From Eledone cirrhosa (lineage: Eukaryota), in NCBI GenBank assembly GCA_964016885.1, contig OZ024740.1, forward strand, positions 88,226,001 through 88,290,000: a DNA stretch of 64,000 nucleotides, given 5' to 3'. The notes below the pieces were generated by a model, which saw only the letters and a program-made list of their open reading frames with translations, did not search any database and was not told the DNA's origin. The position numbers and the translations under genes are program-made. Of the stretch, positions 30,001 through 43,290 are shown piece by piece (positions within the stretch are counted from its first letter, which is position 1; every line of letters begins with the position of its first letter).

Positions 30001-33000
30001 TGTGGTAGAAGTATGACAATAACAACAACAACACTGACACAGCAACATGTTGTGGTAGAGATAACGGTGTCAGTAACACCAGTAATACAATGGCATGTTG
30101 TGGTAGAAATATGACAGTAACAACAACAACACTGACACAGCAACATGTTGTGGTAGAGATAACGGTGTCAGTAACACCAGTAATACAATGGCATGTTGTG
30201 GTAGAAGTATGACAGTAACAACAACAACACTGACACAGCAACATGTTGTGGTAGAGATAACGGTGTCAGTAACACCAGTAATACAATGGCATGTTGTGGT
30301 AGAAGTATGACAGTAACAACAACACTGACACAGCAACATGTTGTGGTAGAGATAACGGTGTCAGTAACACCAGTAATACAATGACATGTTGTGGTAGAAG
30401 TATGACAGTAACAACAACAGGACTGACACAGCAACATGTTGTGGTAGAGATAACGGTGTCAGTAACACCAGTAATACAATTACATGTTGTGGTAGAAGTA
30501 TGACAGTAACAACAACAACACTGACACAGCAACATGCTGTGGTAGAGATTACAGTGTCAGTAACACCAGTAATACAATGACATGTTGTGGTAGAAGTATG
30601 ACAGTAACAACAACACTGGCACAGCAACATGCTGTGGTAGAGATAACAGTGTCAGTAACACCAGTAATACAATGACATGTTGTGGTAGAAGTATGACAGT
30701 AACAACAACACTGACACAGCAACATGCTGTGGTAGAGATAATAGTGTCAGTAACACCAGTAATACAATGACATGTTGTGGTAGAAGTATGACAGTAACAA
30801 CAACAACACTGACACAGCAACATGCTGTGGTAGAGATTACAGTGTCAGTAACACCAGTAATACAATGACATGTTGTGGTAGATGTATGACAGTAACAACA
30901 ACACTGACACAGCAACATGCTGTGGTAGAGATAATAGTGTCAGTAACACCAGTAATACAATGACATGTTGTGGTAGAAGTATGACAGTAACAACAACACT
31001 GACACAGCAACATGCTGTGATAGAAGTAACAGTGGCAGTAACACCAATAATACAATGACATGTTGTGGTAGAAGTATGACAGTAACAACAACAACACTGA
31101 CACAGCAACATGCTGTGGTAGAGATAATAGTGTCAGTAACACCAGTAATACAATGACATGCTCTGGTAGAATTATGACAGTAACAACAACACTGACACAG
31201 CAACATGCTGTGGTAGAAGTAACAGTGGCAGTAACACCAGTAATACAATGACATGTTGTGGTAGAAGTATGACAGTAACAACAACAACACTGACACAGCA
31301 ACATGCTGTGGTAGAGATAATAGTGTCAGTAACACCAGTAATACAATGACATGCTGTGGTAGAAGTATGACAGTAACAACAACACTGACACAGCAACATG
31401 CTGTGGTAGAAGTAACAATGGCAGTAACACCAGTAATACAATGACATGTTGTGGTAGAAGTATGACAGTAACAACAACAACACTGACACAGCAACATGCT
31501 TTGGTAGAGATAATAGTGTCAGTAACACCAGTAATACAATGACATGTTGTGGTAGAAGTATGATAGTAACAACAACACTGACACAGCAACATGTTGTGGT
31601 AGAGATTACAGTGTCAATAACACCAGTAATACAATGACATGTTGTGGTAGAAGTATGACAGTAACAACAACAACACTGACACAGCAACATGTTGTGGTAG
31701 AGATTACAGTGTCAGTAACACCAGTAATACAATGACATGTTGTGGTAGAAGTATGACAGTAACAACAACAACACTGACACAGCAACATGTGGTAGAGATT
31801 ACAGTGCCAGTAACACCAGTAATACAATGACATGTTGTGGTAGAAGTTTGACAGTAACAACAACAACACTGACACAGCAACATGCTGTGCTAGAGATAAC
31901 AGTGGCAGTAACACCAGTAATACAATGACATGTTGTGGTAGAAGTATGACAGTAACAACAACAACACTGACACAGCAACATGTGGTAGAGATAACTGTGT
32001 CAGTAACACCAGTAATACAATGACATGTTGTGGTAGAAGTATGACATTAACAACAACAACACTGACACAGCAACATGCTGTGGTAGAGATAACAGTGTCA
32101 GTAACACCAGTAATACTATGACATGTTGTGGTAGAAGTATGACAGTAACAACAACAACAACACTGACACAGCAACATGCTGTGGTAGAGATAATAGTGTC
32201 AGTAACACCAGTAATACAATGACATGTTGTGGTAGAAGTATGACAGTAACAACAACAACACTGACACAGCAACATGTTGTGGTAGAGATAACAGTGTCAG
32301 TAGCACCAGTAATACAATGACATGTTGTGGTAGAAGTATGACAGTAACAACAACAACACTGACACAACAACATGTTGTGGTAGAGATAACAGAGTCAGTA
32401 ACACCAGTAATACTATGACATGTTGTGGTAGAAGTATGACAGTAACAACAGCAACACTGACACAGCAACAGGCTGTGGTAGAGATAACAGTGTCAGTAAT
32501 ACCAGTAATACAATGACATGTTGTGGTAGAAGTATGACAGTAACAGCAACACTGACACAGCAACATGCTGTGGTAGAGATTACAGTGTCAGTAACACCAG
32601 TAATACAATGACATGTTGTGGTAGAAGTATGACGGTTATAACAACAAAACTGACACAGCAACATGCTGTGGTAAAAATAACGCTGTCAGTAACACCAGTA
32701 ATACAATGACATGTTGTGGTAGAAGTATGACAGTAACAACAACACTAACACAGCAACAGGCTGTGGTAGAGATTACAGTGTCAGTAACACCAGTAATACA
32801 ATGACATGTTGTGGTAGAAGTATGACAGTAACAACAACAACACTGACACAGCAACATGCTGTGGTAGAGATAACGGTGTCAGTAACACCAGTAATACAAT
32901 GGCATGTTGTGGTAGAAGTATGACAGTAACAACAACAACACTGACACAGCAACATGTTGTGGTAGAGATAACGGTGTCAGTAACACCAGTAATACAATGG

Positions 33001-34915
33001 CATGTTGTGGTAGAAGTATGACAGTAACAACAACAACACTGACACATCAACATGTTGTGGTAGAGATAACGGTGTCAGTAACACCAGTAATACAATGGCA
33101 TGTTGTGGTAGAAGTATGACAGTAACAACAACAACACTGACACAGCAACATGTTGTGGTAGAGATAACGGTGTCAGTAACACCAGTAATACAATGGCATG
33201 TTGTGGTAGAAGTATGACAGTAACAACAACAACACTGACACAGCAACATGTTGTGGTAGAGATAACGGTGTCGGTAACACCAGTAATACAATGGCATGTT
33301 GTGGTAGAAGTATGACAGTAACAACAACACTGACACAGCAACATGTTGTGGTAGAGATAACGGTGTCAGTAACACGAGTAATACAATGACATGTTGTGGT
33401 AGAAGTACGACAGTAACAACAACAACACTGACACAGCAATATGTTGTGGTAGAGAATACAGTGTCAGTAACACCAGTAATACAATGACATGTTGCGGTAG
33501 AAGTATGACAGTAACAACAACAGGACTGACACAGCAACATGTTGTGGTAGAGATAACGGTGTCAGTAACACCAGTAATACAATGACATGTTGTGGTAGAA
33601 GTATGACAGTAACAACAACAACACTGACACAGCAACATGCTGTGGTAGAGATTACAGTGTCAGTAACACCAGTAATACAATGACATGTTGTGGTAGAAGT
33701 ATGACAGTAACAACAACACTGACACAGCAACATGCTGTGGTAGAGATAATAGTGTCAGTAACACCAGTAATACAATGACATGTTGTGGTAGAAGTATGAC
33801 AGTAACAACAACACTGACACAGCAACATGCTGTGGTAGAGATAATAGTGTCAGTAACACCAGTAATACAATGGCATGTTGTGGTAGAAGTATGACAGTAA
33901 CAACAACACTGACACAGCAACATGCTGTGGTAGAGATTACAGTGTCAGTAACACCAGTAATACAATGACATGTTGTGGTAGAAGTATGACAGTAACAACA
34001 ACAACACTGACACAGCAACATGCTGTGGTAGAGATTACAGTGTCAGTAACACCAGTAATACAATGACATGTTGTTTTAGAAGTATGACAGTAACAACAAC
34101 AACACTGACACAGCAACATGCTGTGGTAGAGATTACAGTGTCAGTAACACCAGTAATACAATGACATGTTGTGGTAGAAGTATGACAGTAACAACAACAC
34201 TGACACAGCAACATGCTGTGGTAGAAGTAACAGTGACAGTAACACCAGTAATACAATAACATGTTGTGGTAGAAGTATGACAGTAACAACAACAACACTG
34301 ACACAGCAACATGCTGTGGTAGAGATAATAGTGTCAGTAACACCAGTAATACAATGGCATGCTCTGGTAGAAGTATGACAGTAACAACAACACTGACACA
34401 GCCACATGCTGTGGTAGAAGTAACAGTGGCAGTAACACCAGTAATACAATGACATATTGTGGTAGAAGTATGACAGTAACAACAACACTGACACAGCAAC
34501 ATGTTGTGGTAGAGATAACGGTGTCAGTAACACCAGTAATACAATGACATGTTGTGGTAGAAGTATGACAGTAACAACAACAACACTGACACAGCAACAT
34601 GGTGTGGTAGAGATTACAGTGTCAGTAACACCAGTAATACAATGACATGTTGTGGTAGAAGTATGACAGTAACAACAACACTGACACAGCAATATGTTGT
34701 GGTAGAGATAACAGTGTCAGTAACACCAGTAATACAATGACATGTTGTGGGAGAAGTATGACAGTAACAACAACAACACTGACACAGCAACATGGTGTGG
34801 TAGAGATTACAGTGTCAGTAACACCAGTAAAACAATGACATGTTGCGGTAGAAGTATGGCAGTAACAACAACACTGACACAGCAACATGCTATGGTAGAG
34901 ATTACAGTGTCAGAA
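1..34915. repeat. Satellite DNA array, 98-bp monomer (95/101-bp variants), roughly 360 copies, continuing off the left edge
   Basis: Monomer AGTGTCAGTAACACCAGTAATACAATGACATGTTGTGGTAGAAGTATGACAGTAACAACAACAACACTGACACAGCAACATGTTGTGGTAGAGATAAC repeats head-to-tail. Length variants come from the (AAC)n count or loss of TGT. ACATGTTGTGGTAGA occurs twice per monomer. Confidence 0.99.
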
Positions 34916-35080
34916 ACAAAAACAACATTAACATAGTGACATGTCGTAGTAGTAATAGTGACAGGAACAACCACAGCAACACAGTCACATGTGGTAAAAA
35001 TAGTACTGACAGTAACAACTGTAACACAGTGACATCTTGTGGTAGAAGTAATAATGGCAGTAACAACACTAGTAACTTTA
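34916..35080. repeat. Degenerate edge of the satellite, about three diverged ~45-50-bp subunits
   Basis: ACATAGTGACATGTCGTAGTAG..., ACACAGTCACATGTGGTAAAAATAG... and ACACAGTGACATCTTGTGGTAGAAGTAATAATGGCAGTAACAACAC resemble the half-monomer. Confidence 0.7.
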
Positions 35081-35238
35081 GCTCAAGGAACTACCCACCA
35101 TCACCATCATCACCACCACCACCACCACATATGGTAGAAGCTGCACTTTCACTAATAACAGCAACATCACGTAGTATTAGAAAGCAACGTTTATAGTCGC
35201 ATCAGTCTGTAACCTATTCACATGAAACAGTAGAAATG

Positions 35239-35308
35239 ACACACACACATACATACACACACACACCACATTCACTCACACACACACACACCAAATTCAC
35301 TCACACAC

Positions 35309-35345
<37 letters not shown>
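35239..35345. repeat. (CA)n microsatellite, imperfect
   Basis: Direct reading. Confidence 0.95.
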
Positions 35346-35349
<4 letters not shown>

Positions 35350-35579
35350 GAACATGTGAAGCTGTAACAGTTAGGCTCGCAATAGCCACATCAGTTATAG
35401 TAGTATTAACTCTAGAAACTCCAGAATTACGTTGTGCACGGTGGGTGGTATCTATAATACTGAAATAATATCAATACTATCACTTCCAACAACAAGAACA
35501 TTAACAATACCGAAACAATGTGGGGACCTCTATATACTTTCTAGATGTACTAGAAACAGCAATTAAATTTCCGATCAAC

Positions 35580-35912
35580 TAGACACCTTAGAAAATGGCA
35601 TATTGAATAATGTGGTTTTGGATTGCCATTCCATAGGAACAATAGGTAGTGATCATGGTTGGAATGTATTTGTTTATAGGCCTGCTCAATCAGGGATGAC
35701 CTGGAGCTATACAACGTCATTATCACTATCAACAGCATGAACACTGTTGAGGTCTCTACAGTGTCATTCAATCAGCAAGGAATTAACTCTCATATCCCTA
35801 CCCAAGAGTCTTAAAAGATTATATATCCACATAGAGAACGACAGCATGGTTATGGTTAAAATGTCTTTGATCATAGGTGTGCTCGAGCAGGGCTGACCCG
35901 TGGATGAACAAT
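35580..35912 (+). mobile_element. Two degenerate fragments of an interspersed repeat (probable SINE 3' region)
   Basis: A shared motif TGGxTGGAATGxxTTTGATCATAGGxxTGCTCxAxCAGGGCTGACC occurs at ~35655-35715 and ~35852-35910, again at ~36700-36750, and on the minus strand at ~51870-51922. Confidence 0.55.
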
Positions 35913-36049
35913 ACCACAAATATCACGAGGAAACAGATCTCTACGATACCAGTCAATGTGCTGTTGTGGCTGGAAGGTTTTTGATAAGTCTGTTTAACAA
36001 CTACAACTAAAATGACATGGACATACGTGTGTATATATCAAAATGTGAA

Positions 36050-36166
36050 GATGGGTGCCTTAGTGGTTCGAGAATTGGATTCACAATCGGGTGGTTGCGA
36101 GCTCGATTCTCGGACCGCGAGATGCGTCAGGGCCTTGAGCAAGACACTTTATTTCATATTGCTCTT
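36050..36166 (+). mobile_element. tRNA-derived SINE head, degenerate
   Basis: A-box-like GCCTTAGTGG and B-box-like GAGCTCGATTCT, followed by CCTTGAGCAAGACACTTTATTTCA. Homologous to 57478-57620. Confidence 0.7.
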
Positions 36167-36574
36167 CTTTCCAGGATTTGCAACCGGTAGATATTATCAG
36201 CAATGGAAAAACCAATGGAAACATACATTGTTTCCTTGGTCCGATTTGAGTAGTTGCACCTCACTCGGTAAGTGAATGAAATCGGACATTGTCGACGAAT
36301 CGAAAAAAAATATCAAAATACATTTCCACTTGCGACTATCCCGTCCCACAGAAACAAATCATTCAATATTTCTTCGTGCATTGTGCTCTGAGACAGAATG
36401 GTCACAGTTAGACTACCATTAATCCTAGGTATGTTAGAACGGGGTTGACATAGGGTTAAACAACAGCAATATATGTAAACAAACATGAAAAAGTTTATGT
36501 TTGAGAAGACAGTTGACACTTCTCATTCGCAGTATTTTTTTATTCTCATAATTATACAGGCTAACAAGGAAGCT

Positions 36575-36812
36575 TCTACATGGTCACCAGGTCAGCTAAA
36601 AATAGCAGCTAATATTTTTTTAAATAATCTCTTGCTTCATAAAAAGTAAAGAATGCGTTAGATAGCGTAGTTCTAGACCCCACTAAAATGACGAGGCCAT
36701 CAGGACTGAAATGCCTTGATCATATGTTTGTAAGATCAGGGCTAAACATCAGTTCTAACCTGTGACGAAACAGCGACAGCAACAACAGCGACAATGACAA
36801 TAACAATAACAA
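36575..36812 (+). mobile_element. Interspersed repeat (SINE 3' part) with AAC-rich tail
   Basis: CTACATGGTCAC...AAATAGCAGC...GGACTGAAATGCCTTGATCATA...ATCAGGGCT followed by an AAC/GAC tail. Same family as 35580-35912. Confidence 0.6.
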
Positions 36813-38669
36813 CTATGTTTTTAATCTGTGAGCTCTGACATCAATTAAATTAGGATTGGATTGTAATTAGAAATATTTGTTAGGTAAAGATACAAAGATC
36901 CAGTCTTCGGCGACATCCCAAACGATAATCGATTAAAATCAATCATCTCCACAGCAATACTTAACTAGTCTAGTACTTTATTTTGTAGGATTTGAACTTA
37001 AAGCGCACAGAGCCGGAAGAAATCGACAAGCCATTTTGTCCAATGCTCTAAAGATTTTCCCTATTTCTAATTATGATACTAATTTCCTATATCGGCTTAA
37101 GGCCATACATTTTGAAGAAATTTGCTTCATTATGTTGACTAGTGCTTTACAGGTACTTGTTTTATTAAATCCAGAGCAGTGATGCTTAATGTCGGCACCG
37201 GCACCATATTTAGTATAATGTATTGTTCATTCTTCTCATCTCACTGACGGACGGTACATATGTTAATATTCTAATGTCACTGCGCAGTCCTTTGGCTAGG
37301 AAAATGTCAGTGGGAACATCCCGACGCTAACGTTAGCACCACTACATGGCTCTGGCAACTTTTACAACCAGAATCAGGCTCTCGGTTGAGAGATCTTGCT
37401 ATTGGAAAAATAGCAAATAAATAAAAGAAGTTTTTTCCTTTCCTTGAAGTGATATCTTCAAATATGGAAGACATTTACCCCAATACGTCGAAGTCACTGG
37501 ATAATGTAACATCACAATTTATATCTTTACAAATTCTCTGAAACATTTAGGATTGCTTTGAATGGATATTTGTGTGATTAACAAACTTAACAACATCATC
37601 AAATAATGTCTCAAGTTGACTCTTCTCTTTTCGTGCCCTTAGTTTTTATTTGAGAGTATGCTCCTCTGTAAATAATGCTGAGGATGCTGTGCAGATAGAA
37701 GAAAGGTGTGTCACGCACTTCACTCAATTTGATGAAAAAATGTCTGCCATTGTCAACACCACATCAAATGTAACAAGGAAATCTTCAATACTAATTAAAA
37801 CAATTTCTTTGCCATATCAATACAACATAGATGATGGTCATCTGTATTCTGTATCATGTTATGGCATTTTCTTCATCCATTTAGTGAATTTTATGGCTTG
37901 TACATATGTTCTTTTATTTTTCACACAAATCGCTATGTCTTCGTCTTATAGCGTGGGCTGAGAAGGCAATATGATTTACTTTCAATATTCCATCTTTAAC
38001 ATGAAGCTCCTCAGCTGCAACAAAATTCTTAGCCTCATTAGTATTTCTCCTTCTATAAATGACTGCGTTTGTTTAACTATAAACGTAGTAGTGCAAAAAT
38101 AGTTCGGGGAACTTTGACTATTGTTCTTTGGAAGAAAAGTAGACATCAGAAAAATAAACTCCGTTTGTAAGATTTTTCAGTATCTGCTTTATTTATATAT
38201 TTATTTGCAAACTGAAGATATTTCCAAAAATGAGCTTTCAACCTGGCAGAAGCTATATTTCAGTTCTCAAAAAGTTGACGACGAACAAAACACTTGACAT
38301 GAGTATAAATTCCATTCTTTTAACCCTTAAACAAAACGCCATTTTATCATTTTCTCGTTTAAAATACTTCTCTCGTATCAAGGCCCGATGTATTTGGAAA
38401 CCGAGGCTGTTTTCTATAATGTAAATTCTCCATAAGTTCTTTCTTTATTCGAGTTCTGACAGTAAAATAAAACTCTTCTGATATTATTTGAAATGACGCT
38501 GTTCACCCAATGACTTTGGAATGACACATGTTTCTTATTCGGTTTTTATATCAGAATATTCTCATTCTTTGAACTTTGAACGATTTGAGCGAAATTTTCT
38601 TCTTGGATATTTTCATAAACTACTTCTGTGTTCCATCATTAACTATCAGTAGAAATACATGCATATTAT

Positions 38670-39390
38670 CTCTTCTTCTTGGTTGTCCATCGTAAACGAT
38701 GATGACATCTTCTTTATTGTTGTTCCCGTCTGCCGTGGGCACGAAGGTGGCTGTGGAGGCCAATCCTTGACTTGCAGGTCCGGGGATAGTGGAGGCAAGG
38801 GAAGAGACCGGAGTCAAACCGGCAACCACCAGAGGTTACCTCCACCTCTCGCCCATTGCCGCTGGGCTTTGGGAGTGCACGCTAAAGAAGAAACCTGTGC
38901 GGGAAAGGTTTATAGTGGGAGGGCCAGTGCACAGTGACAGTCCCACTCACTCGGCCACAGAAGCCAGAATCCGGTGGTACGGAGGACCGTCACGACCAGG
39001 GACTTCCTTGGCTGCAGTGGATGGCCACAGCAATTGTAGTGCCTTGCCGTGCCCTAGCGCTCCACACCGCTTGCTGTCGCCGCCTTTGTGACCGTTGGGA
39101 CGATGTTATCCCCCTCCACTCACTCCGCCAAGTCCAGTCTTCGCATGCAGGGGCAGGCACCCTCTATCTAACTCACCGGGAGGTTTCAGACCCGTCCGGC
39201 TACCCTAAACCTGGTTCGGCCCGCCAGCCAAGGCGGTTTACCGGGGTGTAGCCGCTGCTGAATGCTACAGATTCTTGGGGCCACAGGTGAGAGCTGAGTG
39301 TCAGGTGGGACCCAATGCAGGACGAACTGTCCTGAAAAGAGCATGGCTAGCCCTCCCTACAGAGGTACGTACCCCTCCCTGACACACCAG
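38670..39390 (-). mobile_element. Non-autonomous bipartite RTE-clade retroposon (5'-UTR-like region fused to the extreme 3' end)
   Basis: Minus strand 38782-38714 reads RTCKSRIGLHSHLRAHGRREQQ*, the C-terminal zinc-finger-type end typical of RTE ORFs, followed by GTCATCATCG...ACGATGGACAACC and an (AAG)n tail. The upstream ~600 bp is GC-rich, has no RT or endonuclease, and resembles an RTE 5' UTR (recall). Confidence 0.75.
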
Positions 39391-41970
39391 GCATATACAC
39401 ACGCATATACATACACATACATATGTACATGTGTATATACATATTTACACATTTTTGGATGGCCGTTGACTCTTATGAGTTCTTTCGCCCTTTGTCAGGT
39501 TTTGGTTTTTGTCCTGCAGGGTGTCCAAAATCACCCTTCTCACCAAGTATACTTGGTGGGGTTGCCAGTTTAGTCGCCGACGACCCGACCATGTGACAGG
39601 TTGTACTGGTTTACATATTACCAGTAGCACTCAATAGTTACCTGACATGCATATTAAAGCATCAGTAAATACAAAGTTTAGTACGGGATATGACAAAAAT
39701 ATTTTATGTAACACTTTCGATAATTATTTCTAAAATCAAAATCATATTTTCGGTACATTACTAGATAGTAAGCATACACAAACACTCAAACATTGGTGTT
39801 TATTACACAATAGTATGATAAACACGAATTGAAACATTAGCAAAGAGATTGGTGAGTTCGTTCTTGGACTCAAGATAAGGTGCATCAACGCTTTTTAGTA
39901 ATATTGTTCATTCAAAATTCGCTTAAAATATTTAAGCGAAGGATAATTTGAACAAATTATTTACAGAAATATACTGTAAGTTATTCCCATAAATGACCAA
40001 CATGAAAAGTAAAGTCATTCAAAATTTCGATTATTTTACCGACAAACACATAAACATTGTTAGTTTATACTATCTACTAAAATTGGGGTAAAAAGAAAAG
40101 AAAAATTTTCGTTACCGTCTTAGTTGAATTAAAGCAAATTTTAAGCGGAAAAGAAACATATTTGAAAAAAGAAAATTAATGACTTAACGAATGTTTAAGT
40201 CTTGTTCAATTAAAACATAAAATTTGATTATTTAAAATAACACGTTGTAAATGAATAATGACAGTTAGTGGGAAAGAACAAAATTACCTTATTTCGTTTT
40301 TGGACGATCATATCATTAATTTAAACGTAGTTAAAGCCTCAAAATTTTATCACTACAGTTATATTCTTTTTGCATTCCCCAAAGAGAAGAAATAATTTAG
40401 CATTGTTCATAAAAAGAAAACTTTGTCAAAACAAATGTTTTTGTAACATTAGTAATATTTTACCGGATATTAGCTATTTCCATGAAATATTTTATTCATA
40501 TTTTACTGACAAACCCGACCAGCATCTTTTTACTTCAACCCAGAAAAGCTTTCTACAAACGCAGTTTAGGAACTATTAGCCTACAAACTTCAATCCAAAA
40601 GGCTTTTTGGCTAGTGCATATGTAGATTCCCCGATCATCGGTTCCTACCATTCTTCCTCAGATATCAGCATCAAAAACTAAGTTACTATGACTTCCCCTA
40701 CAGCTACACTAACTCATTAAATTTTCGATCGTATTTCATCTTTCATCGATGATATCTGTCCCATTGATCATAACTGTGCTGTGACAGTTCAAGAAGGAAA
40801 AAAACACGCAGAGAAAATTACCTATCCCCCAAAAGTGGTTGCCACACCTGCAACATTACCATCACAAAAGATGCTTCTATACATCGCAGGCTATGCCAGT
40901 TGACAAACTACAGTCAATTATTTTTGTCCTTTGCCAGAAATGTTCTCTACCTACTTTGCAGAACCATCCTTCCTGCCATTTTTCAAGAACTGATAGTTCT
41001 GTAAGCAGTGAAGTATCTCCTCATTTGCTGTTGGATAGAAATCAGACTCTACACCTGATACCCTATGCAAATATCCTCCACATTTATCCCTTTACACCCC
41101 ATGAGACCCACACCGTACACACATAAACTCCAAGAGGTAAAGAGCGTCTGGCTGCTACAAAGCAATAAGTCCTTGCTATTGTCTCTTCTATTACCATCAA
41201 AGAACACGCCAATGTTCTATAATACCTCTAATCAAGAACATTATCTCTCTCGAATTCTAGAGTGGAGCCACCAGGCGTAGTGACTAGTAAACTTTTACAG
41301 TGAAAATCCATGGGCTAAAATTGGAGAAGAGGCAATGTAATTAGATATACTAGAGAGGAAATAGCATAAAACCAACCAACTCTGAGGAACAGAAGCTACA
41401 GTAATAATAGTGTAACAGACGGAGAGAAGACGAGACGACATTGTAGTTAACCTCCATGGATCAAGGTATACATAGAGCAAGACAAAGAGAGAAAGAGAAA
41501 TTTAACAGTTTGGTAATATGGGCTAACTCTTGGGCGTGGTTTCGAAGGTATGTGAATTGCCAGGAACAATGGCCTTGTTAGACGTACTCCACCCCAAAGT
41601 GTATGGGGATGGACATCGTTTGTTTGTTTATACCTATGGAGGCTATGGACAGACTCCTTTTCTCCAGACCAAACCAATAACATATATGCTAAAATATGTA
41701 TACATACATATATCGACAGTCGATCGACTTTCGTCAAATCGGACGGAGGAAACAATGTTTCCGTTGATCTTTCCAATTGCTATATATATATATATATATA
41801 TATATATTTGATGTATTTGATATATCTCATATGAAATGATACAGCCAATTCTCCACACAATACAATAGCACCCCGAACGTTTAATTAGGAATATACTCAG
41901 ATATTTCCTAATGTTTGTTGAGTGAGTTGGAATTTGGCTGGAGTATCGCTATCAGCTTTCTCCGTTTATG

Positions 41971-42029
<59 letters not shown>

Positions 42030-42033
<4 letters not shown>

Positions 42034-42385
42034 GATATTAAATAAATGGAAACTATATTTATAAAACCATATTTATTTCATTATACATATTTCAGGGATA
42101 CCAAATTAAAATATCCAGACAGCTTCCAAAAATAATGGTCGCATCTAATAGGGTACGTCAAAATTATTTATAAAACTGTTTATATATTGTATTTTGTCTG
42201 ATGAAGGCATACCATATTTTAATTTGGTATCCCTGAAATATGTATAATGAAATAAATATGGTTTGATAAATATAGTTTCCATTTATTTAATATCGTATAT
42301 CTACTCCCAAAACTTGTCGAGTGCTTTATATCAGTTATAAAATATTTACTTGTTGTATCCCAACAATTTTAAATAGAACTTTTGC
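42030..42385 (+). mobile_element. Solo Penelope-type pLTR: inverted partial copy, HHR-bearing pLTR and tail, inserted in (TA)n
   Basis: 42030-42114 is the reverse complement of 42214-42300. A unique tail runs 42301-42385. (TA)n flanks both sides. Confidence 0.8.
42190..42254 (+). ncRNA. Type I hammerhead ribozyme
   Basis: Stem I TATTTTGT/ATGAAATA; CTGATGA at 42198-42204; stem II AGGCATACCA/TGGTATCCCT; GAAA at 42235; short stem III TATGTA; AUA cleavage triplet. Confidence 0.75.
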
Positions 42386-42406
42386 ATATATATATATATA
42401 TATATA

Positions 42407-43163
42407 TAACTTAGGTGGGAAGATTTTTAAAGATTCCTGGTTAACTTTCCTGGAGAACTTTCTCGCATTCATCGATGGCGATTGTCAAACTGAGATCAGG
42501 TTGTGTTGTGATGTGTGACTCTATAAGAGAGATTTGGATGTGTCTCGGGGGTGGAGTGCGGTGTTAATGGGTGTGAGAGTGAAGGTGTGTTGATGAAGAT
42601 TTAAAGGAATTAAAGCATACACAGACACACACATACACGCACACATATATACACAGAAAATGGTGAATGTTGACAGCCCTTTCTTAAACACTACCATCTC
42701 ATTACCTTCTTGTTGTCAACATTCACTATTTCCTGTGTATATATGTATATGTGTGTGCGTATATATGTATATGTGTGTGCGTGTATATATGTATGTGTGT
42801 GTATGTTTTAATTCCTTTAAATCTTCCACCTTCCTCTACACACCTTCACTCCCACACTCATTAACACCGCACTCCACCTCTCAGACACATCCAACTCTCT
42901 CTTATATATAGAGTCACACATCACAACACAACCTGATATCAGCTTGACAATCGCCATCGACCAATGCGAGAAAGTTTTCCAGGAAAGTTAACCAGGAATC
43001 TTTAAAAATCTTCCCACCGAAGTTAACAAAGAACTTACTTCATCTACCAACTCATAATATTATAATATTATAAAATTAAATCAATTTGTTTATAATTACA
43101 AGTGAAGTCATTCTTTTCCTTTTTTTCAAATATACCTAACTGTACCAAGGATTTCACAGATTT

Positions 43164-43168
<5 letters not shown>
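42407..43168 (+). mobile_element. Large inverted repeat with tail, probable solo PLE pLTR pair
   Basis: Arms at 42407-42677 and 42712-43025 (diverged, with a microsatellite expansion in the right arm). Tail 43026-43168. Flanked by (TA)n. Only a degenerate HHR-like core is present (TTGACAA-TCGC..GCGA-GAAA). Confidence 0.7.
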
Positions 43169-43194
<26 letters not shown>

Positions 43195-43201
<7 letters not shown>

Positions 43202-43290
43202 ATACTTTGGGAGGATCATGTTGCCAATAAGAAACACATGCACCAGTTGCTTTCACTTCAATTTATTATAAATTTTATAAATATAAATTT
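43195..43290 (-). mobile_element. Fragment of the pLTR end of the PLE family at 58581-60308
   Basis: ATTGTTATACTTTGGGAGGATCATGTTGCCAATAAGAAACAC... is nearly identical to 58582-58675 and starts at the same position next to (TA)n. Confidence 0.85.

Noticed and set aside
1-34915. CRISPR-like repeat/spacer pattern (ACATGTTGTGGTAGA every ~49 bp)
   Set aside because: The intervening sequences alternate between two fixed types rather than unique spacers. There are no cas genes and the context is eukaryotic.
5-34936. Hundreds of Cys/Thr/Val-rich minus-strand ORFs (metallothionein- or mucin-like appearance)
   Set aside because: They are translations of a 98-bp satellite. The period is not a multiple of 3 and the same peptides appear in all frames with recurring stops.
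37650-38424. Short ORFs of 103 aa and 64 aa
   Set aside because: No recognisable motifs. Consistent with chance ORFs or an unidentifiable transposon relic.
39250-39390. HDV-like ribozyme at the RTE 5' end
   Set aside because: A GTGTCAGG/CCTGACAC stem exists, but I could not build the nested double pseudoknot by eye.
40600-41290. Possible degraded RT (FIDDICPID at ~40742)
   Set aside because: A single short motif amid stops and frameshifts. It would need a profile search to call.
41700-41780. Minus-strand GAAA-GTCGATCGAC palindrome with upstream TTGGAAAG
   Set aside because: The core and cleavage triplet are non-canonical and there is no stem I. Possibly a decayed pLTR, but not supportable.
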